DNA from: Narcine bancroftii
Taxonomy: Eukaryota
DNA: 64,000 nt
Direction of reading: 5' to 3'
NCBI RefSeq assembly: GCF_036971445.1
Contig: NC_091480.1
Span: 11,346,001-11,410,000, forward strand
Position numbers and translations under genes: made by a program. This document shows positions 49,701 to 61,854 of the stretch, in pieces; the stretch's first letter is position 1, and every line of letters starts with the position of its first letter. The notes under the pieces are model-generated. The model did no database searches. It saw only the letters and a list, made by a program, of their open reading frames with translations, and had not been told where the DNA came from.

Positions 49701-52700
49701 GGGGGTGGGGGGGGGAGGGTGGTGGGGAAAGAACCACATCACATATAGTTATTTTCAAAGGCTTGGAAAGAGGAAATGTGGCAAGGATGTTTCCCATCGT
49801 AGGGGATTCTAGGACAAGAGAGCATAATTTCAGGAAAAAAAGGGTATGAATTTAAAACAGATGCGGAAAAAATTCTTTAGAGAGTCACCATTCTGTGGAA
49901 CTAGTTGCCACAGGCAGCTGTGGAAGCGAGGTTCTTGGGTGTATTCAAGGCAGAGATTTGCAGGTATTCGATTAGTCAGGGCATCAAGAGTTACGGGGAG
50001 AAACCCAGGGAGCGGAGCTGAGTGGTTAGATGGATCAGCTCATAATGAGAATAGCGGAGCAGACTCGATGGGCCAATGGGCCCATCTCGTGACAATATCA
50101 TCCACAGAATTTCAAAGTAAACAAAATATTTTGTTAGCCCACAGTTGGTTGGTTAAACATTAACGATCCTATTTTTGTCTCCTTGCAAAGGGTCCCTGCC
50201 ATTACATCTCATAAAAATATGAAATTAAATCTGAAATTGGATAGATTTAAGTGCAAAACACAAACCAAATGACACTTAAAAAAAGATATAAAGGAATAAA
50301 AATTTGCAGTTAAGGCTACTAAAAACTTGAAAATGACGAAACAGTTAAGTGAATAAAATCTCCACAAACCAATCCCTTATTCATCTTTTGCTGAGGGTTA
50401 ATTAACAATCAATTTAAAAAGCAAAAATTGTATTGATGCTGGAAATCAGGAAGATACACAGACAGCAATTTAGAGAGAGAGAAAAACATTTCACTGAAAC
50501 TCAAAGGTCAATGTTTTTCATCTTTTATTTGCCAATTCACATGACAAGTTCATTTTGCAAGCGCTTTTATTCGAGTGTGAAATGGCCTGGTAACAAATTC
50601 AGTCAAGTTATTGAGTCCGTTACCCCTCGTTAGATGTTGGTGCTCAAAAACATTTACCAGTATGAATGTCAGCCTTTTGTAAAGTACTTTTCCCGATGTA
50701 CATAAATACACTTAAAGCAATTGGAACCAATTTTGTAGCAATGCAACTGTAATTAATTTTCAGTGTCTGAACAAAATTAATGCAATGATAAAAACAGAGA
50801 AAATAGTGTCAAGCAATAAAAAGAATGGCAAAATGCTGCAGAAGATCTTTATTCCAACCTATTATACAAAGACAAAGTGGTCTAAATAGAGGATTAATCT
50901 TTCTCTCATGCTGCCATAATGTTGGTAATCACAAAATGAATCGAGGTCATTATTAAAAATTACACATCAGCAACCGGGGTTTGAATCCGGTGCTGTGTGC
51001 AAGGAGATTGTACATTCTCCCCGTGCCTGCGTGGGTTTCCTCTGGGTGCTTCGATTTCCTCCCACCCTTCAAAAAAACATACATAGTTATATGTCAATTG
51101 GGAGGCACAGGGCACGAGGTCCAAAAGGGCTGTATTACATTTTTAAAATTTAAAAATATGCAAAAACCTGCATTCAGGTCAACAATCATCCATCCACTTT
51201 TCTGAAAGCATAATGTGCACCTTGAAAGGATAGATGACCTGCTCCTATTTTCTTGTGCTCTTATAAGTGTATTCCATAAACACATACTCACTGCTACACA
51301 AGTCAAAGAAGTGAGTACTCCCGAGAAAAAGCCACCTCCTTGTCGCCATTGCCCCGATTGGTTGACAACTCTTGATTGCTTTCTGCCAAATTTCTCGAAA
51401 GCCAAAACGCTATTTGAAATTTTTGTGTTGTTCTGTGTCTCCTCCCATCGTCTCTCGACATCATCAGGGAACAGCTTCTTAACAGCATCTCTGGAATGAA
51501 ATAATAATGATGTTCTGCCAAAATTATGACTCATCTGGATCTGGAAATAATTGGCTGGTTTTTTTTTTAATTATTGAAAGGACAGGGAACAAGATCACCA
51601 AGAGATAATTCAAGAAATAAAAGCTAACATTTATAAAACTGCAACTTTCATTGAACAGGTATGGAAACAGTTATGAGCAATTAAATAAGTCTAGGCAATT
51701 AAATAAGTCGAGGCAATTTTCCCCATTTTGGTCGGTAAATGGCAGCTATACTGAGAAGATTGGCTTAAATCTGGGTAGAGGAATGGAGTCAAATTGTGAT
51801 GGTAAGGATTTCAGGAAGAAGCCAAGATTATCTATCTGCAGTGCACATACATGCTAGAAGAACTCAGCAGGTCAGGCAGCATCTATAGGGTTAACCAACA
51901 GCTCAGGCCTGGGCCCTTCATCAGGTCCAAGCAAAAACAGGCAGGTGTCTGGATGGTGCCTGACCTGCTGAGTTTCTCCTGCATGTTTGTGTACTGCACT
52001 TGACTCCAGCATCTGCAGACTTCCTTGTTTAATTTGATTATCTATCTGGTACATTCTCAAATGGGAGATAGCTTCCTTGTTCTTCAGAATATTTCAACCT
52101 CAAAAGGAAGGCAAGTTTCTGTGAAGTGTTTAGTCCTAAAGGTAAATACTAACATTTTTCCAGTCAAACTTTGAATTATTGGTCTAAATTACCACTCAAG
52201 TATCCAATGAACGACTTAATCAACAATCCTCTTTCTGTGCACAGCTGAGGCACATCTTGTATTTAAAAACTCAGCAAAATAAAAACAGGTACTTGTTCCA
52301 AAAAGATAGACACTTTAACCATTCCGTGCCAGCATTGACCCTCACAATTAAGATGGAAAGACAAAGCAACAAATCTATCTTTGAAAGGAAATTGAGGAGT
52401 CTCAAGATGGAGTAGTGGTCCTCCCCAGAAAAAAAGTCACTGGAGAAGAAAGAAGAAGGCCTTACCTGCACGAAGGAACAGGGAGCTGTGGTGGTGAAGT
52501 GTGCCCGATCTGAGGTTGGTACCTGCCCTGCGGAGTCGCAACCTCCCAACCGGTGGACTTCAAAATTGGCTCTCGGAGCCAAAAAATGTTCACAGTGCGC
52601 AATCAAAGGAAAAAGAAAACACCGATGGGAGGGGGGCTCAGCTGAGGAGCGGGCAACCACAGCGTGACCAGCTGAAGGACGCCCGACACCAGGGCGCTCA

Positions 52701-55700
52701 GCTGGAGGATGAGGATGGTGGCGGGGAGAGAGCGACGAACCAGGCAAGGGAGAAAGACAGCGGGGTGACCGACAAGAGGATCAACAGCAGGAAGCCCGTC
52801 AGACAGGCAGCCCAGGGGGGGGAGCACTAACAGCAAGAGGAGGCCCGACAAAGGGATACAAGCAATTCATCAGGAAAATCAAAAGAGACACAGATACAAA
52901 GAAGAGAAGAAGACACAAACACAGATACAGACACAGAAGAGGAAAAAGACCAAGATCTTCACAGAGAGATAGAAGGCAAAACTGATGGACAGAATATAGA
53001 TAAAGCTTTTTATGAAGAACAAATGAGATCATTAAAAGAATGGTTCTCATTAGAATTTAGTGCAATTAAAAGAAAAATGAAAAGAGCGGAACTGGTCATG
53101 ACAGAAATCGGGAAAAGAGTAGAAAATATGGAAGAGCGGGAAACGGCTGTAGAAATGGAAGTAAATGTCTTAAGAAAAAAATTGGAAGCAAGTGACAAAA
53201 AAATTAAAGAGACACAAGAATTGTTATCTCAGAAAATTGATATGTTGGAAAATTATAGAAACAACATAAAAATAGTGGGCCTGAAGAAGGCACAGACATG
53301 AAGGAATTTATAAAAGGATGGATCCCGAAGGTCCTGGGAACAACAGAAATGCAAGAAGAAATGGAAATAGAAAGGGCACACAGAGCACTAGCTCAGAAAC
53401 CGCAGTCACATCAAAAACCAAGATTCATCTTAGTAAAATTTTTGAGATATACGACAAGAGAAAATATACTGAAATGGGCAAGGAATAAAGTTAGAGAAGA
53501 TAATAAGCCATTGGAATACAAGGGTCAAAAAATATTTTTTTTACCCAGACACAAGTTTTGAACTCAAAGAAGAGGAAGGAGTTTAATACAGTGAAAATTA
53601 TTTTATGGAAAAAAGGTTATAAATTCATGTTTAGACATTCAGCCGTGCTTAAAATATTTATATCCGGGAAGTAAAACAGACTGTTCTCGGATATAGAGGA
53701 AGCACAAGAATTCGCAGAACGTTTGCAGGACAGAAGGAGAGATGAAGAGATGTAACAAGAATGAAGAACGGTGATAAAGTATATATAAAGATGTAAAAAC
53801 AATGTACATGTAAAGAACTAAAGAGGGAAAAGAAAGGGGAAGGAAGGGAAAAAAGAGCTTTGTTATAGGTGTAAAAAAAAAAGTGTTTTCTTGGGGGGGG
53901 GGGGCTGGGGGGGGGACAGAATAACCGTCACTGCGAAATCAGTTGACACTTGTGAGCAAGATTGCAATCCAAATGGAAAGGGGAGTTGTGGTGCCCGGCA
54001 ATGGATAAGGGGCAACTCAGAGAGGAGAGGGGGGCATTTGGGGATTAAGGTATTATTGGGTGTGGGAATTGTTGGAGTATTTTATGTTTTAAATGTGTTG
54101 TCATACATTGAGTTTAAAAAGGGAAAACTAAGAGATGAAAATGGGAAAAAGGGGGATGGAGGTGGCGAGGAAGCAGAAAAGAGGTGTAAACAAGATATAG
54201 GATGGCCACGTTGAACTATATGACTATAAACATTAATGGAATACATAACCAAATTAAAAGAAAGAGACTACTAAATTTACTGAAGAAAGAAAAAATAGAC
54301 ATAGCATTTGTGCAGGAAACGCATCTAATAGTAAAACAAAATCAAACTGGATTTATTAAGAAAAGACGAATAGAGGATAATGTCTGTAAACTTATTAATC
54401 TAATTCATGCAGTTCAAGGAAATAAGAAACCAACAGTGGCTGTTGCTTTAGGCGCAGAAAAAGCCTTTGACAGAGTAGAGTGGAACTACTTATTTAAAGT
54501 ATAACAGAGGTTCAATCTACCAGAAAAATATATTAATTGGATTAAAGCATTGCATAATGGACCGTTGGTGAAGGTAGCAGTAAATGGATGTGTATCGAAC
54601 CAATTTAAATTAAGTAGGTCAACTAGACAGGGATATCCATTATCCCCCTCATTGTTTGCCTTAGCAACAGAACCAATGGCAGAATTGATAAGAATAGAAA
54701 ATAAAATAAAAGGGTTAAAAATAAAGGAGGAGTATAAAATCAGCTTATTTGCAGATGACATCATAGTATACCTAACAGAACCAGAGGTATCAATAAAAGA
54801 ATTACATGAGAAATTGAAGGAGTATGGAGAAATATCGGGGTACAAGATCAAAGCAAATAAAAGTGAAGTGATGCCAATGAGTAACGCAGACTACACAGAA
54901 TTTAAAAAAGAATCACCATTTAAATGGCGAGCACAAGTAATCCGATACCTAGGGATCAGGTTAGATAATAACTTAAGCCACCTGCACAAACTAAATTATC
55001 AGCCACGAATAAAGAAATTGCAGGAAGTCTTAGAACATTGGAAAGAATTACCGCTAACGTTGATAGGGAGGGTAAACTGCATTAAAATGAATGTGTTCCC
55101 AAGGATACAATACTTATTTCAAATGGTACCAATTCCCTTAACAGAGAAATTCTTCAATGAACTAAAGAGAATAATAAGGAAATTCTTGTGGAAAGGGGGG
55201 GAAACCGAGGCTAGTGTTAGATAAATTAATAGAAAGGTATAACCAAGGTGGTTTGTAGGTACCAAACTTTAGAAATTATTATAGAGCTGCACAATTAAGG
55301 TATTTATCAGATTTTTTACCAGACAAGGGAAAAACCAGACTGGACTAAGATAGAACTAGATAAAATAGGGGAGAAGGTTCCGGAACATATACTTTATAAT
55401 TGGGATGAAAAGTTGGTGCAATATAAAAGTTCACCAGTATTGCATCGTTTACTTAATATATGGAAGTAGATCCACTTAGAAAGGAAAAAAAAACAAATTA
55501 CCAAATACCAAAATTATTATTGTCACAAAATCCACTTATCCCTTTTACAATAGATAACCTTTCCTTTAGAGAATGGAAGAGAAAAGGAATCAAAAGAATA
55601 GAAAATTGTTTTTTGGGAAATAATTTATTAACATTTGAACAGCTGAAGTACAAATATGGAATAACTCACGATACAATGTTTGCATATCATCAACTGAAAG

Positions 55701-57928
55701 CTTATTTAAAGGATAAATTGGGAAATAGATTGTGATTACCAGAAGGAAGCAGCTTTGAATATGTGATTACAGACACAACGATAATTAAAAGATTTATAAC
55801 GAACATGTACATTAAGTTGCAAGATAAGGAAAATGATGAAATAAGCTATAAACCTAAACAAAAATGGGAAAAGGATTTAAACATAAAGATTAAAAAAATG
55901 AGAAAAGTTATGTTCTGGAACTACGAAGAATACAATAAACACAAGGTTACGCAAGATACAGTATAATTGGTTACATAGGGTATATATCATGCCTCAAAAG
56001 TTAAAAGAATGGGATCCAACATTATCAGATTGATGTTTTCGCTGTAAGAAGGTAATGGGAACAACAGTACATGCAATTTGGGCATGTACGAAAGTGAATA
56101 CATTTTGGGAAGGACTAAAGAAGATATTAAATAAAATCACAAAAAATAACATACCAAAAATTCCAGAGATCTTTCTTTTAAGTAACATAAGAAGTAAAGA
56201 ATTAGGCCTCAAATTGGGTAAAGCGCAAAAAAGATTCATTATGATAGCCTTAGCAATCGGAAAAAAATGTATAATGTCAACTTGGAAAATGGAATAGAGC
56301 CTGAGCATACAGCAATGGTCCATGGAAATGAATAAATACATTCCATTGGAAAAAATAACATATAATTAAAAAAATAAAGTCACATTGTTTGAATAAATTT
56401 GGGAACCATACATGGAACATAACAGAGAGAGCTTGCCTCGGACCTCCATCCCCTAAAATGATAAGAAGACAAAACGACTTGATTCAGTGTGTAAAAGTAG
56501 ATGACGCATTTTTCTTATTTTCCCTTGTGTGAAGACATTGTTTTATGGTTTTATTGTATATGTCGAATATTTATTGGTTTTGGAGGGGGGGAAAAGGGAG
56601 AAAATGCCACTGTGTCTATTTAACAAGAAACGTTTGTACATATTTTGGTTGATATGGTTCAGTGTGAAAAATTTTTAAAAATTAAAAAAGAAAGCGAATA
56701 TATTTTGTGCTTTAGTCCTCCTCAACATCTTTTGTCAAAATTAAGTAGGGACAAGAACATCCTTCCCAAATGCCAAAAGTCTCAGTACCTACTGAGGATA
56801 TCAGAAATTTATATGACCAATTGACCAATAGGTGATGAAGTTGGAGAAAAGTTCCGTGACTCACTTAATATTTAAGAATTCTGACATCTAATAATAAACA
56901 CACCATGAAGTAAAATGTAGCAATGGTGATGAAGTAGGTTAGCAAATCACTGCTAAAATGGACTTCCAAAATTTTTAAAAAGCTGATTTAGTGCCATTTC
57001 CAAAATCTAAATATGTTTTCATTCAAAAATAAAAATCATTGGAAAGTTAGTTTTCAGCAATTACCAATCTTCTGACCATGATGTCACAGAATATATTCAA
57101 TATCGTTGGATTTAAAAAAAAATTCTTTCAAAAGGAGAATTTCCAGATTAGATAATGAAAGATTATCAAAGTGAAAGTTGTTAAAACTGAGACAACTTAT
57201 GATTGTTTGCAGTTGAACTTCTTCTGTAGTAACTAGTCATTATGTTTTGAGCACTGTATCTTTCCATACAAAAGTGGCACTATTATGTCCATCAGAACAT
57301 TTGCTCATGGGCTCTGTCTGACTTTAAACACACATAACAATAGCTGCATTGTCATTTAGTTTCACCTGGTTCTCAACACAAATAAAACACTCAAAAAAAA
57401 ATTGGACAAGGGTCCTGTGCCATAAAGAGACAAAACATCATTGTCACAGGATAGTTCAAACTAAAACATTGAGAACTTGAGACGCACAAACCAAAATTAA
57501 CTATGCATTAGACTTGTTCGCTCGTGAAAAACAGAATTGGCAATATCCATTTCTGTTCAAAAAACAGCAAAATACATTTCTGTTGCCTTTGACAGTGATT
57601 TATTTCATCTTCTGAAAGATTTATTGTTCACCTGTATGCCAGCTGCACTTAAAATAAAACTATACCTTAAGACAATGTTGACTTTCGGAAATCCTGCCCA
57701 TTTTTCTCTGCATTCTGGGCATTCAGTTTTCCTGGATGCATCCCACCACAGAGCCAAGCAATGTCGGCAGAAACTATGTCCACAGTTCAAAGTAGTTGGG
57801 TTTACCAATATTTCATAGCAACAATGACAGGAAAATTCATTGGCAAAGAGTTGAAAGGATTGTTCTGGTAACATGCTAACCTCCAACCTCTCACATTGCT
57901 CTTTGTATTTTTGCTCATACATCACCAT
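43567..57928 (-). CDS. BFAR: Bifunctional apoptosis regulator (RING-SAM-TM ER E3 ligase), whole spliced CDS span (7 coding exons, 447 aa)
   Basis: Exons 263+199+167+145+177+200+193 = 1344 nt in frame. RING FSCHCCYEILVNPTTLNCGHSFCRHCLALWW...CPECR, SAM domain, C-terminal YWALYFNPIINIDLVVKEVRRLETEHL*. Confidence 0.96.
43938..44293. mobile_element. hAT-like MITE (related copies at 28500-28600 and 32609-32821)
   Basis: CAGGGGTGGCCAACC...GGTTGAGAACCACTG termini; internal sequence shared with the other copies. Confidence 0.7.
44365..44564 (-). CDS. BFAR: BFAR coding exon 6
   Basis: SDDISLKQWAEFLVKYSLIPYQLIAEFAWDWLDVHYWTSRFIIVNAMLLSVLEGFAFWKLWSRGGFR. Confidence 0.94.
47612..47788 (-). CDS. BFAR: BFAR coding exon 5
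   Basis: AMHVGKSLSLLYALKSSPRLTMLYLYLFDYSEIFLPLIHTISP...KYW|GTAAG. Confidence 0.94.
48058..48202 (-). CDS. BFAR: BFAR coding exon 4
   Basis: LLLTLSEEEFAKPPFNIERELHRKAILIELENVKTLGVKPPQNLWEYK|GTAAGT. Confidence 0.95.
48845..49011 (-). CDS. BFAR: BFAR coding exon 3 (SAM domain start)
   Basis: VVLLVYLWSRETEQDLLVHKPVTKWTPKEVTLWLEQLGQWATVYKDRFLEEEVNGR. Confidence 0.95.
49370..50090 (+). mobile_element. CR1-clade LINE 3' fragment
   Basis: LVRPHLEHCV...PYLRKDMLALERVQKRLTRMIPG. Confidence 0.8.
51292..51490 (-). CDS. BFAR: BFAR coding exon 2
   Basis: DAVKKLFPDDV...GGGFFSGVLTSLTCVA|GTGAGT. Confidence 0.94.
51832..52022. mobile_element. Fold-back Penelope-derived non-autonomous element
   Basis: Arms ACATGCTAGAAGAACTCAGCAGGTCAGGCAGCATC / GATGGTGCCTGACCTGCTGAGTTTCTCCTGCATGT; CCTGATGAAGGGCCCAGGCC on the - strand. 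Confidence 0.7.
52395..56690 (+). mobile_element. L1-clade LINE with ORF1 and an internally deleted, frameshifted ORF2 (antisense in a BFAR intron)
   Basis: ORF1 motifs (NNIKIVGL, EIERAHR, ILVKFLRY); EN N-terminus MTININGI...AFVQETHL; RT motifs AEKAFDRVEW, TRQGYPLSP, LFADD, YLGI; A-rich tail. Confidence 0.93.
57666..57928 (-). CDS. BFAR: BFAR first coding exon (RING finger); exon acceptor at 57982
   Basis: MVMYEQ...EFSCHCCYEILVNPTTLNCGHSFCRHCLALWWDASRKTECPECREKWAGFPKVNIVLR|GTATAG. In-frame stop upstream at 57967-57965. Confidence 0.92.
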
Positions 57929-59293
57929 CCATTCGATTACAACTTGGCTTTGCAAACTTGATTTTCATCTTTCAGTATTGGCCTGTAATCAAAAGTATAT
58001 TAGATCAAATCTCAATTGTGCTGTCAACCAAGGTAAAGAATTTCAAGATGTTGCAACAGTTTATACAAGATGCCTTCTCGAGCACTTTCAGGAACATTAC
58101 AGATGGATGAAGAACTCCCTGCACTGACTGAAGCCAAGACCCACGACCTTATGATTTCTGCGAACAACCAGAGTAGAGAATTGCAAATTACTTTTTTTTG
58201 TTGTTGAAAGAATTGCATACTTCCAGAACATGATTGAGACTGCTCAATGGTGCAAGTCGATGTTTCCATGGCCCTTGCTATTCCAACAGTTGCCGCACCA
58301 GTACTGGATTATGGTAGATGAAAAGCAGCTGAAAACGTGCAAATTCATGGAGTTTTTCTTTGAAAGGTTCAAGGGATCTGATATCTGGGCCACCATCAGT
58401 AAAAACAAATACTACTGGATTACTTTGAAAACATAGATCATCCTGTGTTCAATCTGAAATACCAGTTATATATCTTTGCTTTCAATGGATGTTGCGAGAC
58501 CGGCTGACTTCCTCCAGCATTTGAGTTTTTATTACAGTCACAGCATCTGCAGACTTACATGTTTCACAAAATTCATGAGGACTTATGGCTCAGATCCAAA
58601 ACACATAGATGATAATTCAACCCATTATCATATTAGTTTTCAGCATTCAGCCTTCTGCAGCAACATTGAGGTATCCTTTGTTGTAGTTGGAAGTTTTAGT
58701 TGTATACAAGAGTAGTTGTATCAAGTGCAAGAGAGAAAGTGAGAATTTATTTTTTCAAAGTGTGGTAGTGGTCTGGAACTCACTGCCCAAAAGGGTGGGA
58801 GAGAGAGATCTCACAACATTTTTTTAAAAAATCCCTGGATATATACTTGGAGAGCCTTAACCTCCAGAACTATAGACCACAAGCTGGGCAGTAAGATTAG
58901 GCTGCCATTTTTTTAATTTGTGGTTTGCAAGAGTAGAATGAGTTGTAAGAAACCAGCTATCAGTTAGCATCTTATTCTTCCATTCGATAAAACCATGGCA
59001 GATTTTTTATCTCAATGCCACTTTCCTGCACAACTCCCCAATTCCTAATTGTCTAAAAATGTATCAAACTCAGTATCAAATATACTCAGGGCTCAAGTCT
59101 CCACACCTCTCTTAGGTAAAGAATTACCAAGACTTACAACCCACCAAGTGAAGAAATTTCTTCTCATCTCAGAATGAGATGTTAATCTCTCCTTTCTGGG
59201 ACCAAGACAGTTGGTTTTAGTAAAACAAGAAAGCCTGCAAACACAGTGATTGAAGTAAAAACTCTGCAATAAAAACTTAGCAGGTTAGGCAAT

Positions 59294-60254
59294 TGTGACA
59301 GATTATGTTATATTTTATATAGATATGTTTTAAAGGAGATAAATTGTGGCAGGGTTGTTTTAGTGTAGGTTGCATACAAACATTTCAAAACAGAGTTCAT
59401 TTAGAAAACTGGAGCTCTGCTCAAGCCAGACAGTCCACGCTCCGGGTGCCTTTGCAAAAACTTTGAAGAATGCCTGTAAGGACTTCACAAGAAGGCATTA
59501 ATTGGACATGCTGTGGAATAATGGATTATTGTTTTGGAAAGCAACAGATGAATGAACTCAGAAGATTGGGTCCAGTGTCACAGTCTGAGTGCAGTTGGCT
59601 GTTCTAAGAGGGTCATGTGGTTTTCTCTGTCAGAGAGAGAATTCAGTTTCAGTTCCACAGTTCAGCAGCAGCTGGGACTGGAACGTGATGAGCTTGTGGG
59701 GAAAAAAAAACATTTTCAAGATGGGTTGTGAGTTCTTAGTTCAGCCTGGTCAAAGCCCTTGTGGTTCATACAAGAGGAGATGACTGGCTGTATAATGTTT
59801 CACCTGAAATATGGAAACAGAAGAGGAACTCTGTGGTGACCTGAAAGAAAGAGGTTATCCTCTGGAAAACCTTGATTGTGCAAGTTTCTTCGGCAAGACA
59901 CTGAAGTGGCTGATCTGAAGAAATCAGTTGTGGGTGTCCAACGAGCAACAAATCTCTCTCTGAAAACCAACAAGAACCTTCCTAAACAGTAACCATTTAC
60001 TTTTCAAGCACCAAAGCTTGGTGAAATTCATAAATGTTAAATTGTATGCAGTTTAAGAATTGCCTGCAACCAGTGAGATTGGACTGTAAATTAAAGAACT
60101 TGTATACACATTACATACATGTGCGCTTAGAATTAGAAGGGGGTTAAGTGAATAGTAATAAGTTAAAGTTTGATCCTGTTTAAAGATAATTAAAAGCAAC
60201 TTTTGTTTAAGTAACCATTTGTCTTGGTTTTGGGGGTCCTCTTGGCTCATAACA
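59294..60254. mobile_element. Solo LTR nested in a Penelope-derived element
   Basis: TGTGACA...ATAACA termini; CAAT/CAGT near-TSD; host motif 'cagtgtactttat..agcaaagataaa' resumes after it. Confidence 0.75.
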
Positions 60255-61139
60255 CAGTGTACTTTATTAGCAAAGATAAAACATTACAGGCCTGGTCCCT
60301 TCCTCAAGCCTTGAAGGCCAGAAGCCCAAAATATAAGTTATGCATCTTTACTTTTGCCACATAAAGTACACTGGGTTTCTCCACCATTGTTCCTCCCCCC
60401 CCCCCCAACTTGGTTTTAGAGACCCATGCCAGAGGAAACATCTGGAGCCACTTGGCCGTGCCCAAATGATGTTTTTGGAGGAGGTTACCAGGAAAGTTGA
60501 TGAAGGAAAAGCTGTGGATGTTTACAAAGTCCTTTGATAAGGTCCCACCTGAGGGGATAATCAGAAGGTTCACACGCGAGGTATTCATGGTGAAGTAGGC
60601 TTCGTTGAGATCACCTCCAATCCCTTCTCAACCCAGTCGGCTTAATTTCCCCTCATTGGGCAAACATCCGATCCAAGGAATCAAACTGGTGTCAGGTCAC
60701 GCACTCCCTGTTAAAGTATAACAATTCTCCCACCTAATCTCGCCACATACTCTGCTCTGAAGGGTTCTAATGCTTTGTACAAACTATAAATGGCCTGTTA
60801 AAGTGGCTGATGGTGTTTGTAAAATCCTGCCAACGCAGAGGTCTGTAGCCAAGAGGGCAGCGCCTGTGCTTGGCCGTGGCCAAGAGAGTTTGCAGACCCC
60901 AGGGGAACGGTCCAATGCAGCCCCACCCCACCCCATCAAACTTTTACCTCTTAAACTCCAATCATAATGGTCCAATAATCCCCCCTGGGTAAGAGCTCTC
61001 GTTGGCACAACCTGATTATAATCATCCTAAGGCGCAGATTGCCAAATGCATGCATGTCCATGCAGAGTTAGGAGAATCACAGGTCAGTTCCCTGGGAGTC
61101 ACAGGCCGAAACGACTCCCAGAGGAGGAAGTCCTTATGA

Positions 61140-61445
61140 CCGAGGTCAACCCCCGCCTGAGCTGGGTCCCGGGCCTTTCCCCCCCGCGGGGGGGGGGGGG
61201 GGGGCTGACCTTTTAAGGCGCGGGCACCTCTCCCAATCGATTCTCTTCCTCACCTCGCGCCTGGCCCCCGATCCTCACGGCGAACGCCAGCGTCCAGCCG
61301 CCATTGCTACTGCATCCCCAGGTGTCCCCTGACGTCAGCCTCCACGTCACTCCCCGGCCCCCCCCGCTCTCTGCCCATTGGCGCGTTCTCTTTCCAGGGC
61401 ACCGAATCAGGTCGCCCGGCTCGCGTTGAGCTCACGTCAATCAAA
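61140..61445 (-). promoter_or_regulatory. BFAR: BFAR CpG-rich promoter and probable non-coding exon 1 (donor GAG|GTGAGG at 61254/61253)
   Basis: CpG cluster; CRE TGACGTCA 61330-61337; TGACGTGG 61349-61342; TGACGTGA 61439-61432; CCAAT 61381-61377. Confidence 0.7.
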
Positions 61446-61854
61446 TGCCAGCCCTGGGTCTCAACCAGGTGGTTGGTGCCTGAAGCTTTCCCATTTGGAT
61501 TTTGATCAGGGGCAAAGAACACGAACTTTTGATTGCATTGAAAAAATTGCACTTACTTTTTGCAGAGGCGCTGTGGAAAAGTGATTGGTGTCGCAAGGTG
61601 AAAGTCCCAATCTCCTCTGATTCTGGAAGAGTTGGAGAAATGGATTGAAGATCAAGCGTCAGGGCAGTGTTGCAGCCTCGCCCGGTCCTGGTTGGGATTA
61701 TTACTTGCCCTGCCATCCCTAAGAAAACTAAAAAGGAGATGAACTCCTGCGGGCAAGCTATTCCAGTTTTGGAGCTCAGAGAAGTTGAAGGAAGGCTTGC
61801 CAGCGGCTAGACTTTGTGAGGGGGTTGAAGAGATTTGGTCTGTCACTGAAGACA

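Noticed and set aside
51677-51720. 18-bp tandem duplication GCAATTAAATAAGTC(T/G)AG
   Set aside because: A simple local duplication with no spacers; not CRISPR-like.
54550-55224. 224-aa reverse transcriptase ORF as a possible domesticated gene or novel RT system
   Set aside because: It is part of a decayed L1 ORF2 with flanking stops, frameshifts and a deletion.
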